IMG/VR virus record: IMGVR_UViG_3300020352_000013 | Span: 1-37,651 of that record | Length of the DNA stretch: 37,651 nucleotides | Strand: one strand, 5' to 3' | Origin: a virus | Lineage: Duplodnaviria; Caudoviricetes | Shown here: positions 27,948-36,471 of the stretch, one piece after another | Layout of the letters: the number at the start of each line of letters is the position of its first letter | Numbering within the stretch: position 1 is the first letter of the stretch | Notes under the pieces: model-generated | The model's database searches: none | The model's input: the letters and a program-made list of their open reading frames with translations, nothing else | Told to the model about the DNA's origin: nothing | Translations under genes and position numbers: made by a program

Positions 27948-28109
27948 ATGGCGAAAAGTAAAAAGAGTTCTTCTATTACGATTCGTCTTCCCGATGACTT
28001 ACAAAAAGCAGAGGTCGCTGGTATAGCTAAAAAGTTAAATATCAGCACCTCTGCTCTAGTAAGTGGGTGGATCAACGAAATACTGAAGAGTTTGAAAAGA
28101 GAGAGTTAA
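27948..28109 (+). CDS. Ribbon-helix-helix (Arc/CopG-like) protein, 53 aa (not in ORF track)
   Basis: MAKSKKSSSITIRLPDDLQKAEVAGIAKKLNISTSALVSGWINEILKSLKRES. Confidence 0.7.
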   Translation: MAKSKKSSSITIRLPDDLQKAEVAGIAKKLNISTSALVSGWINEILKSLKRES

Positions 28110-28115
28110 TACAAT

Positions 28116-28361
28116 ATGAAAACGCAAGAAGAATTAGGTGAGCTACAAGTTCTATTAACAGATACTTTAAAGAAGGGGATCAAGCTGATGCACGTCACTG
28201 AGGAATACAATCCTTCCCTTCTTAACTGTGCTAGACAACTACTCAAGGATAACGATGTTGTTCTTATGAGTGGTAAAGATACTCCACTTAATGACTTGCT
28301 AGGAGAGGTTCTACCTTTTGAAGAGAACCCAGAACTTAAACAAAAAGTAATTACAAAGTAA
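28116..28361 (+). CDS. gp18: Terminase small subunit
   Basis: LNCARQLLKDN...LPF motif, precedes the large terminase. Confidence 0.8.
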   Translation: MKTQEELGELQVLLTDTLKKGIKLMHVTEEYNPSLLNCARQLLKDNDVVLMSGKDTPLNDLLGEVLPFEENPELKQKVITK

Positions 28362-28383
28362 TAACATCAAAGAGAGAGAAAGT

Positions 28384-28421
28384 AGGGTCATCGCTGAGTA
28401 GTCGGAGGTGACCCTCTTTTT
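28384..28421 (+). terminator. Intrinsic terminator between terminase genes
   Basis: AGGGTCATC/GGTGACCCT stem followed by CTTTTT. Confidence 0.65.
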
Positions 28422-28428
28422 GTTACAA

Positions 28429-30108
28429 ATGACAAATAAATTAGCACAACTGAGAGACTTCCGTAACTTCCTGTATGTAGTTTGGAAACACCTTAACCTA
28501 CCTGATCCTACAGCTTTACAATACGATATAGCTGACTTCATGCAACACGGTCCTAAGCGATCTGTTATCATGGCGTTCCGTGGTGTAGGTAAGTCCTGGA
28601 TATGTTCTGCCTATGCTGTACATCAACTACTACTAGACCCTACTAAGAACATACTTGTTGTATCTGCTTCTAAGAACCGCGCTGATGACTTCTCCACTTT
28701 TACATTGAAAATCATACACGACATTCCTGTTCTTCAAGGACTAATCCCTAAGAACGATCAAAGGTTCTCTAAGATAGCTTTTGATGTAGGACCTGCACCT
28801 GCTGCTCACGCTCCTTCCGTTAAGTCCCTCGGTATATCCTCTCAGTTAACAGGTAGTCGTGCAGACATTATCATTGCTGACGATATAGAAGTTCCTAACA
28901 ACTCTGCTACTCAAGGTATGAGAGATAAGCTAGATGAACAAGTAAAAGAGTTTGAAGCTATTATAAAGCCCTTAGACACCTCTAGGATTCTCTTCCTAGG
29001 CACACCTCAATGCGAGGATTCAATTTATAACAAACTGCGTGAGAGAGGCTATGACGCTCGTATATGGACCTCTGAGTACCCACAACAAGATTTAGTACTT
29101 AAGAACTACGACAATGACATAGCACCCTTTATACAAGAACAGATAACAGAAGAGACAGTAGGACACACCACAGAGCCTCTTAGGTTCTCTGATCTAGACT
29201 TAGAGGAGCGTAAGCTATCGTACGGTCGTACAGGGTATGCTTTGCAGTTCATGCTTAATCCTAGACTCTCTGATGCTGACCGCTATCCGTTAAAGATTAA
29301 CGATCTGATTATAACAGATATTGATGGTGACCTAGCTCCTGAGAAGATTATATGGTCCAGTGATCCTGATAACGAAAACAAAGACCTTCCCAATGTAGGA
29401 CTAGGGGGAGATAGATACCACAGACCTTCTAAGACTTTAGGTGATATGGTAGAGTATACTGGGTCTGTTCTTTCTATTGACCCTAGTGGTAGAGGTAAAG
29501 ATGAAACTGGGTACGCTGTGGTTAAGATGCTTAACGGTCAACTCTTTGTTCCTGATGCTGGTGGTCTAAAAGGTGGGTACGATGAACAAACACTTAAACA
29601 ACTCATTCACATCGCTAAGACTAATAAGGTTAACAAGATTATCATAGAGTCTAACTTTGGTGATGGTATGTTCATGGAACTACTTAAACCTTTGTTGATG
29701 ACTTCCTATCCTTGTTCCGTTGAAGAAGTAAGACACTCTAAACAAAAAGAACTTAGAATCATTGATGTCCTTGAACCTGTCCTTAATCAACATAAACTTA
29801 TCATTGATCCTTCTGTTGTTACTAAAGACTATAAGAGTGCTCAAGGGTATCCTATAGAACATCAAGCTAAGTATATGTTGTTCTATCAACTTAGTCGTAT
29901 AACAAAAGATAAAGGCTCTCTTAATCACGATGATAGATTAGATGCTCTTTCTATTGCTGTTAACTATTGGGTAGAACAAATGAACCAGTCTGTAGACAAT
30001 AACATTAACTCTAGGAAACAAGAACTACTTGATAAAGAGTTAACAAAGTTTACTGATAGCTTCCATAAGAGAAGTGTTAAAGGCTCTAGGGCTATGCTTT
30101 GGTCGTAA
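28429..30108 (+). CDS. gp19: Terminase large subunit
   Basis: AFRGVGKSW, LTGSRADIIIADDIE, LGTPQ, IDPSGRGKDETG, ESNFGDGM, HDDRLDAL. Confidence 0.97.
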   Translation: MTNKLAQLRDFRNFLYVVWKHLNLPDPTALQYDIADFMQHGPKRSVIMAFRGVGKSWICSAYAVHQLLLDPTKNILVVSASKNRADDFSTFTLKIIHDIPVLQGLIPKNDQRFSKIAFDVGPAPAAHAPSVKSLGISSQLTGSRADIIIADDIEVPNNSATQGMRDKLDEQVKEFEAIIKPLDTSRILFLGTPQCEDSIYNKLRERGYDARIWTSEYPQQDLVLKNYDNDIAPFIQEQITEETVGHTTEPLRFSDLDLEERKLSYGRTGYALQFMLNPRLSDADRYPLKINDLIITDIDGDLAPEKIIWSSDPDNENKDLPNVGLGGDRYHRPSKTLGDMVEYTGSVLSIDPSGRGKDETGYAVVKMLNGQLFVPDAGGLKGGYDEQTLKQLIHIAKTNKVNKIIIESNFGDGMFMELLKPLLMTSYPCSVEEVRHSKQKELRIIDVLEPVLNQHKLIIDPSVVTKDYKSAQGYPIEHQAKYMLFYQLSRITKDKGSLNHDDRLDALSIAVNYWVEQMNQSVDNNINSRKQELLDKELTKFTDSFHKRSVKGSRAMLWS

Positions 30109-30215
30109 CTAACGTTACTTCTTATTAACAAATCTTTGTGATTAATATAGGTGCTTCGGTAGTTAGTGTAAATACATATGTATAAAGTACCTATTAAAAG
30201 AGGGTCGACCCTGAC

Positions 30216-30435
30216 GAAGACCCTCCCTCCTTTAAAAGCTATTATAACTAATCCTTGGTCTTTAGACACACCTAGCCTTAAAAGCTTTTTGTTATTAAAA
30301 GAGTATTTAAAGGACAGGGTCTTCTTGTTGTAATGATTAAGAAGGAGAAGAACGAAGTATCGACTTCTTTAGTTTAAGTCGTTATGGTTCTTGTAAGACC
30401 TTACTGGTTTTAATACACACCTCTAGGAGGTCTTA
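30216..30435. repeat. Two inverted-repeat hairpins sharing an 18-nt direct repeat
   Basis: Arms 30216-30236/30306-30324 and 30394-30401/30428-30435; TGGTCTTTAGACACACCT and TGGTTTTAATACACACCT. Confidence 0.7.
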
Positions 30436-30486
30436 ATAAAACATTATAACCGATTTTCAGATTTGTAAAGCCTAAAATTTAACACT

Positions 30487-30684
30487 ATGGACATAGATAC
30501 TCAGACAGACTTGTTAACCAACGACTTATGTAACTTAATAAATCGCTATAAGGGGGAGTTCGAATTGAATGACCAAACAATCATAGGAGTCCTGGAGTTC
30601 ATTAAATATGACCTTTTAGCTATGAGTGTTATAGAATTTGATCCAGACTTTGATGTGGAAGATGAAGAAGAAGACGAGGACTAG
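30487..30684 (+). CDS. Small acidic hypothetical protein
   Basis: 65 aa with Asp/Glu tail; last ORF before the probable genome end. Confidence 0.6.
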   Translation: MDIDTQTDLLTNDLCNLINRYKGEFELNDQTIIGVLEFIKYDLLAMSVIEFDPDFDVEDEEEDED

Positions 30685-31245
30685 TTTGAAAGTATTAGAT
30701 TAATTTTAGTTGAAAAAATATGAGGGGGTTACGCTATATACGCGTGCGTTAAAATACCCCCGCGCGTGCCTGCGTTTTTCTACTGGGGGGCGGTATATTG
30801 TACGATTTGTTAAAATGTCTTTCGTAACTCGTTGATTACCAACATAAATCGCACAATATAGATTATGTCTAATTACTGATTATCAACGACTTAGGTAAAA
30901 CTGGAGCTATGCTACGCACATCAACAGATCAACAAGGTTAATAGCGTCAATTGATTGCTTATTGAGACCTTGTTGAGACACTTGTAAATTTGTATTTCTT
31001 TTTTCGTTTATTTTGATCAATCAAAGTCTTTATTCACTACTAATCAAAGTATCCTACAATCATTAGTCAAAGTCTTTTAATCTCATTTGATCAATAATTC
31101 TATAAAACTTTTTTTATTTTTTTTCTATTAAGTAAAATCAACGACTTACAACAAACTTAAAAAATAAAACTTGCTAAATTATATACTTTCTGATTTAACT
31201 TTGATCATATTTATTTAACCAACCAACCAACAAATAAAAAATACG
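30685..31245. other. Probable genome terminus / terminal-repeat and early-promoter region
   Basis: Non-coding gap between late and early genes, GC-rich hairpin 30724-30761, T-tracts, IHF-like sites. Confidence 0.6.
30825..31148. promoter_or_regulatory. Three IHF-consensus (WATCAANNNNTTR) sites
   Basis: 30825-30837 (-) AATCAACGAGTTA; 30881-30893 TATCAACGACTTA; 31136-31148 AATCAACGACTTA. Confidence 0.6.
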
Positions 31246-31440
31246 ATGAATTACGATTATAAAACCTTATTGACTCGTTATAGATTGCAAGGCAATTGGA
31301 TAACCAGTGAAAGCCAAAATTTAGAGGAATCTATGCTAAACTATCGCAAGCTTTTAAAATCAAGATTGATTAAGAATCGACCAGATAGATATTCTTTTCA
31401 ATATCGCTTCAAACATCAAAACAATTGGATTGCATCATAA
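31246..31440 (+). CDS. Early hypothetical protein
   Basis: First ORF after an A/C-rich leader; TAATG coupling to the next gene. Confidence 0.6.
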   Translation: MNYDYKTLLTRYRLQGNWITSESQNLEESMLNYRKLLKSRLIKNRPDRYSFQYRFKHQNNWIAS

Positions 31441-32144
31441 TGAAACCTAACGGATTTATAATACATGAGGGAACAAAGAACGGCTCAAAATATGCTGTAA
31501 TTGCTACCCTTAAAACAAGTAACAGAAAAACTGGCAACATGATTCAATTATGGATTCTATTGTCAGATTATTCACCAGTTGACGGCGTTAAATCAGGGCT
31601 TGATGCTTCTACCATTTGTACAGGTTGCAAGTTTGCCAGTGGTAACGGCTGTTACGTCAATGTCGGACAAGCTCCGAATAGTATATGGAAAGCTTACAAA
31701 AAGAATTCTTATCCTAAACTTGATCCATTCTTATATGACAGTGTTTTTAATGGTCGCAAAGTAAGATTCGGAGCTTATGGTAATCCATCTTTAATTCCTC
31801 TTTCTATCATTAAAATGATCACTGAATCTTGCGATGGGTGGACAGGATATTTTCACGATTGGAAAGAGATGTCCAAAGAACGAGCTACAGCATACGGTAA
31901 TTACTTTATGGCATCGACTGAAACAAACGACTCAGTAAGACGAGCAAAAGAAAAGAACTTACGTTATTTCCATGTATCACCCGACCAGCCAAAGGATACC
32001 ATAGAATGCCTTGCGGATAGTAAAGGTTTATCGTGTGATCAATGCCAGCTTTGCAAGGGCAATCGTATTGGTGCAAAGTCAATATGGATCAATCCACACG
32101 GAAGTAAGAAGAAAAGAGCAATCGAACAAGCAATAAGTAATTAA
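31440..32144 (+). CDS. Cys-rich early protein (GP88-like)
   Basis: N.KTG, CTGC...GCY, VRFGAYG.P, WTGY.H.W, MAS.E, C......CDQCQLC, PHG. Confidence 0.65.
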   Translation: MKPNGFIIHEGTKNGSKYAVIATLKTSNRKTGNMIQLWILLSDYSPVDGVKSGLDASTICTGCKFASGNGCYVNVGQAPNSIWKAYKKNSYPKLDPFLYDSVFNGRKVRFGAYGNPSLIPLSIIKMITESCDGWTGYFHDWKEMSKERATAYGNYFMASTETNDSVRRAKEKNLRYFHVSPDQPKDTIECLADSKGLSCDQCQLCKGNRIGAKSIWINPHGSKKKRAIEQAISN

Positions 32145-32165
32145 TAACTAATAATATATATAAAC

Positions 32166-32462
32166 ATGAAACTACTAATAACAGACTTAACAACTCATGA
32201 AGGATTAATTATCCAATTAAATGAAAAGCAAAATGAAAGATTAGAAGATTATCTTAATCAAATGGACGGCTCTCTTTCTATCTTCCATATGTTATCAACT
32301 GAAAAGGATATATTATGGCAACTGGAAAACACTTTTAATGTATATTTTGAAAACATTGAAACAACTAACCAATCCAAAAGAAGTACTAGAAAATTAAGAT
32401 CAGTAAATGATTTTGAAGTACAAGCTTTCAACAATATTAAAACTTACGCAACTTACGCATGA
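32166..32462 (+). CDS. Early hypothetical protein
   Basis: ORF with A-rich leader. Confidence 0.6.
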   Translation: MKLLITDLTTHEGLIIQLNEKQNERLEDYLNQMDGSLSIFHMLSTEKDILWQLENTFNVYFENIETTNQSKRSTRKLRSVNDFEVQAFNNIKTYATYA

Positions 32463-32608
32463 AAAAACCAACCAACCAATCAACCGACATACAAGATATG
32501 TTTAACTCATTAAAACCAAGCAAAAAGGAACAAGCTATAGTGTGGCTATTGTCACCAGTAATTGTGCTTGCCACTTGGGCTTTGCTTATCTTTATATGTT
32601 CGCTATGA
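32459..32608 (+). CDS. 49-aa membrane peptide (not in ORF track)
   Basis: MKKPTNQSTDIQDMFNSLKPSKKEQAIVWLLSPVIVLATWALLIFICSL; ATGA overlaps at both ends. Confidence 0.6.
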   Translation: MKKPTNQSTDIQDMFNSLKPSKKEQAIVWLLSPVIVLATWALLIFICSL

Positions 32609-32799
32609 GCGTAACAGAATACATAGAAGACCAGGCTTTCGTTTACAGAATTGTAAGCGATTATAAAGAAGTCTACATCGAATGGCATCTTAAGGGCTTA
32701 CCTCACCTGTTTACTGGACGAGCGAGTAGCCATGAGGAAAAGATTGAGCAATACAAATCAGTCTTAAAGGAATTGAAGAAATTAAATAGAAAGAAATAA
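32605..32799 (+). CDS. Early hypothetical protein
   Basis: ATG 32605 overlaps the upstream TGA. Confidence 0.55.
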   Translation: MSVTEYIEDQAFVYRIVSDYKEVYIEWHLKGLPHLFTGRASSHEEKIEQYKSVLKELKKLNRKK

Positions 32800-32803
32800 A
32801 ACT

Positions 32804-32875
32804 ATGAGTTTAGAAATGCTATTGCTATTCGCTTTGATATTCTTAATAAGCTTAGGCTTTTTATACAGCGATTAA
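32804..32875 (+). CDS. 23-aa hydrophobic peptide (not in ORF track)
   Basis: MSLEMLLLFALIFLISLGFLYSD; fills the gap, TAATG coupling. Confidence 0.45.
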   Translation: MSLEMLLLFALIFLISLGFLYSD

Positions 32876-33213
32876 TGAAGACTTGCATTCAATGTGGATT
32901 AACCTTGCGAGGTATGGACAGAGAGGGAGACATATGTTTAACTTGCCTTTCCTCTTTGACTCCTCATTGTAGTTTTGACCAAGGTTATAGCACGATAGAA
33001 GGATGCATTAGACAATCAACAGACAACCCTATGAAAACAGAAATAACAACTAAAGATTTTAAATACATTAACCAACCAAGAAATATGATAGAAGAAACCA
33101 TGCACTATATAATGACCGAGCACTTTAAAGGTGTGCTTGATCCCGAACATAAATACTTTAACCTTTACCTGTCCTTACAAAAGCTATTGGAGGAATACAA
33201 CAATGGAAAATAA
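32875..33213 (+). CDS. Early hypothetical protein with CxxC..CxxC
   Basis: CIQC and CLTC; internal alternative starts possible. Confidence 0.5.
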   Translation: MKTCIQCGLTLRGMDREGDICLTCLSSLTPHCSFDQGYSTIEGCIRQSTDNPMKTEITTKDFKYINQPRNMIEETMHYIMTEHFKGVLDPEHKYFNLYLSLQKLLEEYNNGK

Positions 33214-33379
33214 ATACTGGTTACTTGAACCTTCAGACAGCTTTCTTGATATAAACCAAGATGACATTGATGAGATGAGGTGGGAATCTGGTCTTGAACC
33301 TGATTGCATGACCTTATCTAAAGCGAAAAAGGAACAAGATATTTTAGATAGCTTAGAAGAAAAAGATAATGACAACTAA
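33203..33379 (+). CDS. Small acidic early protein
   Basis: GGAGGA SD before ATG 33203. Confidence 0.6.
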   Translation: MENKYWLLEPSDSFLDINQDDIDEMRWESGLEPDCMTLSKAKKEQDILDSLEEKDNDN

Positions 33380-33851
33380 ACTTAAATTCACTGAAGCAGA
33401 AAGTTTTACTTTGTTAAGTGAACATTTCCCAGACCTTCAAAAGAACGGAGCGAGGAAACAACTTAGAGAAGCTTACGACTGGGTTGAAGGTTATGGAGAA
33501 ACATATGATTGGGATAATGATAGATGTAAAAGCGATGTGTTTCCTCCTTTAATACCTGATGCTACTCGTCTTATCAAACTTGAAGGAGGTGAAGATGAGC
33601 GTGATTTTATCTTTCAGTTTTGGGAGATAGAAAATAATTTCCCAGTAAATGAACTTAAACTAAAGCGATTGGAGAAGTGGTTATTCTATGAGCTTGATCC
33701 ATTTGATGTTGGAGTGTTTGAACTTTGGCGTTGTGATAAATGGGGAGGTGGACACAGACGCTTATTCAGTAACATCGACTGGTATCTTTATAAAGGATAC
33801 GAGAGCTACGAAGAATTACATTCAAAATTTAAGGAGGAGGACGAAACATGA
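33369..33851 (+). CDS. Early hypothetical protein
   Basis: 160-aa acidic and aromatic ORF overlapping its neighbours. Confidence 0.65.
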   Translation: MTTKLKFTEAESFTLLSEHFPDLQKNGARKQLREAYDWVEGYGETYDWDNDRCKSDVFPPLIPDATRLIKLEGGEDERDFIFQFWEIENNFPVNELKLKRLEKWLFYELDPFDVGVFELWRCDKWGGGHRRLFSNIDWYLYKGYESYEELHSKFKEEDET

Positions 33852-34093
33852 ACTGGGAAGACTTTGATCATAACGCTTTTATCTCTTCCACCTTTCAAGA
33901 GCAAGTAGCAAAAGCATACGATGCGTTTTGGGATAAGAACCAATTAGGTTATGACAAGAACGGAAAGAGAATACGAACAGAGTTGAGCCGTCCTAGACCG
34001 AGAGAGTTTAGAGAGCAAATCATGAGGGAAGCGTTATATAAAAAGTCTTTAATTGAAAACCATTTGAACGATGAAAGAAGAAAAAAAGATTGA
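33848..34093 (+). CDS. Early hypothetical protein
   Basis: AAGGAGG SD, ATGA overlap. Confidence 0.65.
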   Translation: MNWEDFDHNAFISSTFQEQVAKAYDAFWDKNQLGYDKNGKRIRTELSRPRPREFREQIMREALYKKSLIENHLNDERRKKD

Positions 34094-36449
34094 GGAAAGC
34101 ATGATCTCATGGGGCAAGGCACGATATAGAAAAGCCCAAGAGATTTATAAAAAGCACGGTTTGAACTCCGAGTTACCAGCTTATAAAAAGCTAGGCAGAG
34201 AGGTACACGTCCCGATTGAGCAAGCAATTAACAAGTTCTTTGTAGACAACGCACGTCCCAATGCTCCTGTACCTGTTTGGTTACCTTTTATATGGGACTT
34301 AGAGCCTGGACTTGTTGCGTTCTTAGGAGTGAAGGTACTGTTTGATATCCTACCTAGTGAACCGTTCATAAGTGACGCATCCTTTCAAGTAGCAAAAGCT
34401 TTAGAAGATGAAGTACGTGTCCGTTACTTTAAAGAGTACGTGTCCGAAAGCGATTGGTTGCTATTGAAACGAGATCAAAAGGATGTACTGACTAGGAATA
34501 AATTTGTTAATAAGTTTTGGGATAAAGAAAGGAAGTACCACAAACAAGGACGATATAAAAGGTTTGAACTTTGGAGTCAACGGAACAAGATAATGTTAGG
34601 GTCTTGGCTTATTGAATTGATAAGGATGCAAACTAATTTGTATCACGTTAAGATTAAGTACTCTAGTCTTAGACAAAAGAGAAAGACACTAGCTCCTAAC
34701 AAGGACTTGTATGCTTGGGTGGATAAGTACGATAAGAACTGTGAAGTTATCCGTCCGTTCTACTTGGCTACTCCAAAACCACCTATTGACTGGGTAGATA
34801 ACTACGGAGGAGGATATAATTCTGAAGGACTACCTACTCTACCTATCATGAAGATCAAGAACAACGATGGTATAAAGCATCGTGACTTGTCCGTAGCTTA
34901 TGAACCTCTTAACCGACTGCAACGAGTAGCTTGGAAGATTAACCCTAAGATGTTGAACTTGATGCAATGGGCTTGGAGTAAAGGCTTAACGATTGGAGGG
35001 ATGGAGAAGAGCGACTTGATTGAACCGTTAGAAACTATACCTAATCTAGCAGAGACTGATCCCGAAGCATTTAGTGAGTGGAAGAGAAGGGCGAAGGAGA
35101 TATACGAGTACAACTTTCGTAGTAACGGACAACGAATGAGGTGCTTAAAGATTCTTAACGTAGCAAAGAGATACAGTGAGATGGACGAGTTCTACTTTCC
35201 TTATCAAATGGATTACAGAGGAAGAGTGTATGCCATACCAAGCTATGTTAACCCACAATCCTGTGACTTTGGAAGGAGTGTGCTACAATTTGCTGAAGGT
35301 GTCGCGATAAATAACTACGAGGACAGTCGATGGTTACGTGTTCACGGAGCTAATGTGTTTGGAGTTAAAGGTAGCTTTGTTAAACGCTTGGACTGGGTAG
35401 ATAAGAAGAAGGACTTGATACTTGAATGTGCTAATGATCCTATGGAGTGTACTTGGTGGCATGAAGCGAGTGATCCGTGGGCATTCATACACTTTTGCTT
35501 TGAGTTTGCAGAGTTTAAAGAACAAGGATGGGGATTCAAGACGAAGTTACCTTGTCACATGGACGCTAGCTGTAACGCTATACAAATCCTTAGCCTACTA
35601 ACAAGGGACGAACAGTCAGGACATCACGTTAACTTGTTACCTGACCGTAAACCACAAGACATATACCAGGAAGTAGCCGATCAAGTATACGATAGGTTAA
35701 TGAAAGACAAGAGTAAGAATAGTTTAGCTGGTGACTGGTTAAAGTTTGGAATAGACCGTAGCTTTACTAAGAAGATAGTGATGTGTAAACCTTTTGGTAT
35801 GAATGGATACACTAGTAAGGATGCACTTGAAGAAGCTGTTGTTAAAAAACTAAAGCAAGGTATAGGTAGTCCGTTCAGTAAGGAGGATTACAACGAGGCT
35901 ATGATCTACCTAGCTAGTTTGATAAACGATAAAGCGAACGCTCTTATCCAACCACACATCGAATTGATGAGATGGTTCAAAAGAATAGCAAGGACAGATG
36001 AGCCTTTGACTTGGACTACACCCTTCGGATTGGAAATTGTACAAGCTCTATACGATCAAACAATTATTAAAGTACACAGCATATTGAACATGCAAAATAC
36101 TATCTTAGCTTTTAACAATAGACAGAAGGGAGTGAGCAGTAAGAGGATGGCACGAGCAATCGTACCTAATTTTATACACAGCTTAGATGCAAGTGTGATG
36201 ATGGAATTAGCTTGCAAAAGTAATTATTCTATAGCATCTATACATGACAGCTTTGCAACTCAAAGCCCGAACGGACCGAAGATGCACCAACAATTAAGAG
36301 AGATTTACACAGAACATTTTAGCGATGATCTTATCAACAAGTTCAAGGATGAGATTGAAGCACAGCGAGGATGTACACTGGAAGACAGCCCTGAACTTGG
36401 CACACTAGATGTGTCGGCACTAAACGACTGCCAGTATATATTCTCATAA
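34071..36449 (+). CDS. gp1: Single-subunit T7-like RNA polymerase
   Basis: DYRGRVY, DASCNAIQ (motif A), DIY, RSFTKKIVMCKPFG (motif B), PNFIHSLDA, IHDSF (motif C). Confidence 0.97.
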   Translation: MKEEKKIEESMISWGKARYRKAQEIYKKHGLNSELPAYKKLGREVHVPIEQAINKFFVDNARPNAPVPVWLPFIWDLEPGLVAFLGVKVLFDILPSEPFISDASFQVAKALEDEVRVRYFKEYVSESDWLLLKRDQKDVLTRNKFVNKFWDKERKYHKQGRYKRFELWSQRNKIMLGSWLIELIRMQTNLYHVKIKYSSLRQKRKTLAPNKDLYAWVDKYDKNCEVIRPFYLATPKPPIDWVDNYGGGYNSEGLPTLPIMKIKNNDGIKHRDLSVAYEPLNRLQRVAWKINPKMLNLMQWAWSKGLTIGGMEKSDLIEPLETIPNLAETDPEAFSEWKRRAKEIYEYNFRSNGQRMRCLKILNVAKRYSEMDEFYFPYQMDYRGRVYAIPSYVNPQSCDFGRSVLQFAEGVAINNYEDSRWLRVHGANVFGVKGSFVKRLDWVDKKKDLILECANDPMECTWWHEASDPWAFIHFCFEFAEFKEQGWGFKTKLPCHMDASCNAIQILSLLTRDEQSGHHVNLLPDRKPQDIYQEVADQVYDRLMKDKSKNSLAGDWLKFGIDRSFTKKIVMCKPFGMNGYTSKDALEEAVVKKLKQGIGSPFSKEDYNEAMIYLASLINDKANALIQPHIELMRWFKRIARTDEPLTWTTPFGLEIVQALYDQTIIKVHSILNMQNTILAFNNRQKGVSSKRMARAIVPNFIHSLDASVMMELACKSNYSIASIHDSFATQSPNGPKMHQQLREIYTEHFSDDLINKFKDEIEAQRGCTLEDSPELGTLDVSALNDCQYIFS

Positions 36450-36471
36450 TAAATAAAAACACAGAAAAACA

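Noticed and set aside
30446-30472. Leftward sigma70 promoter TTTACA...TATAAT
   Set aside because: Spacer is only 15 nt and no leftward gene follows; antisense use cannot be excluded.
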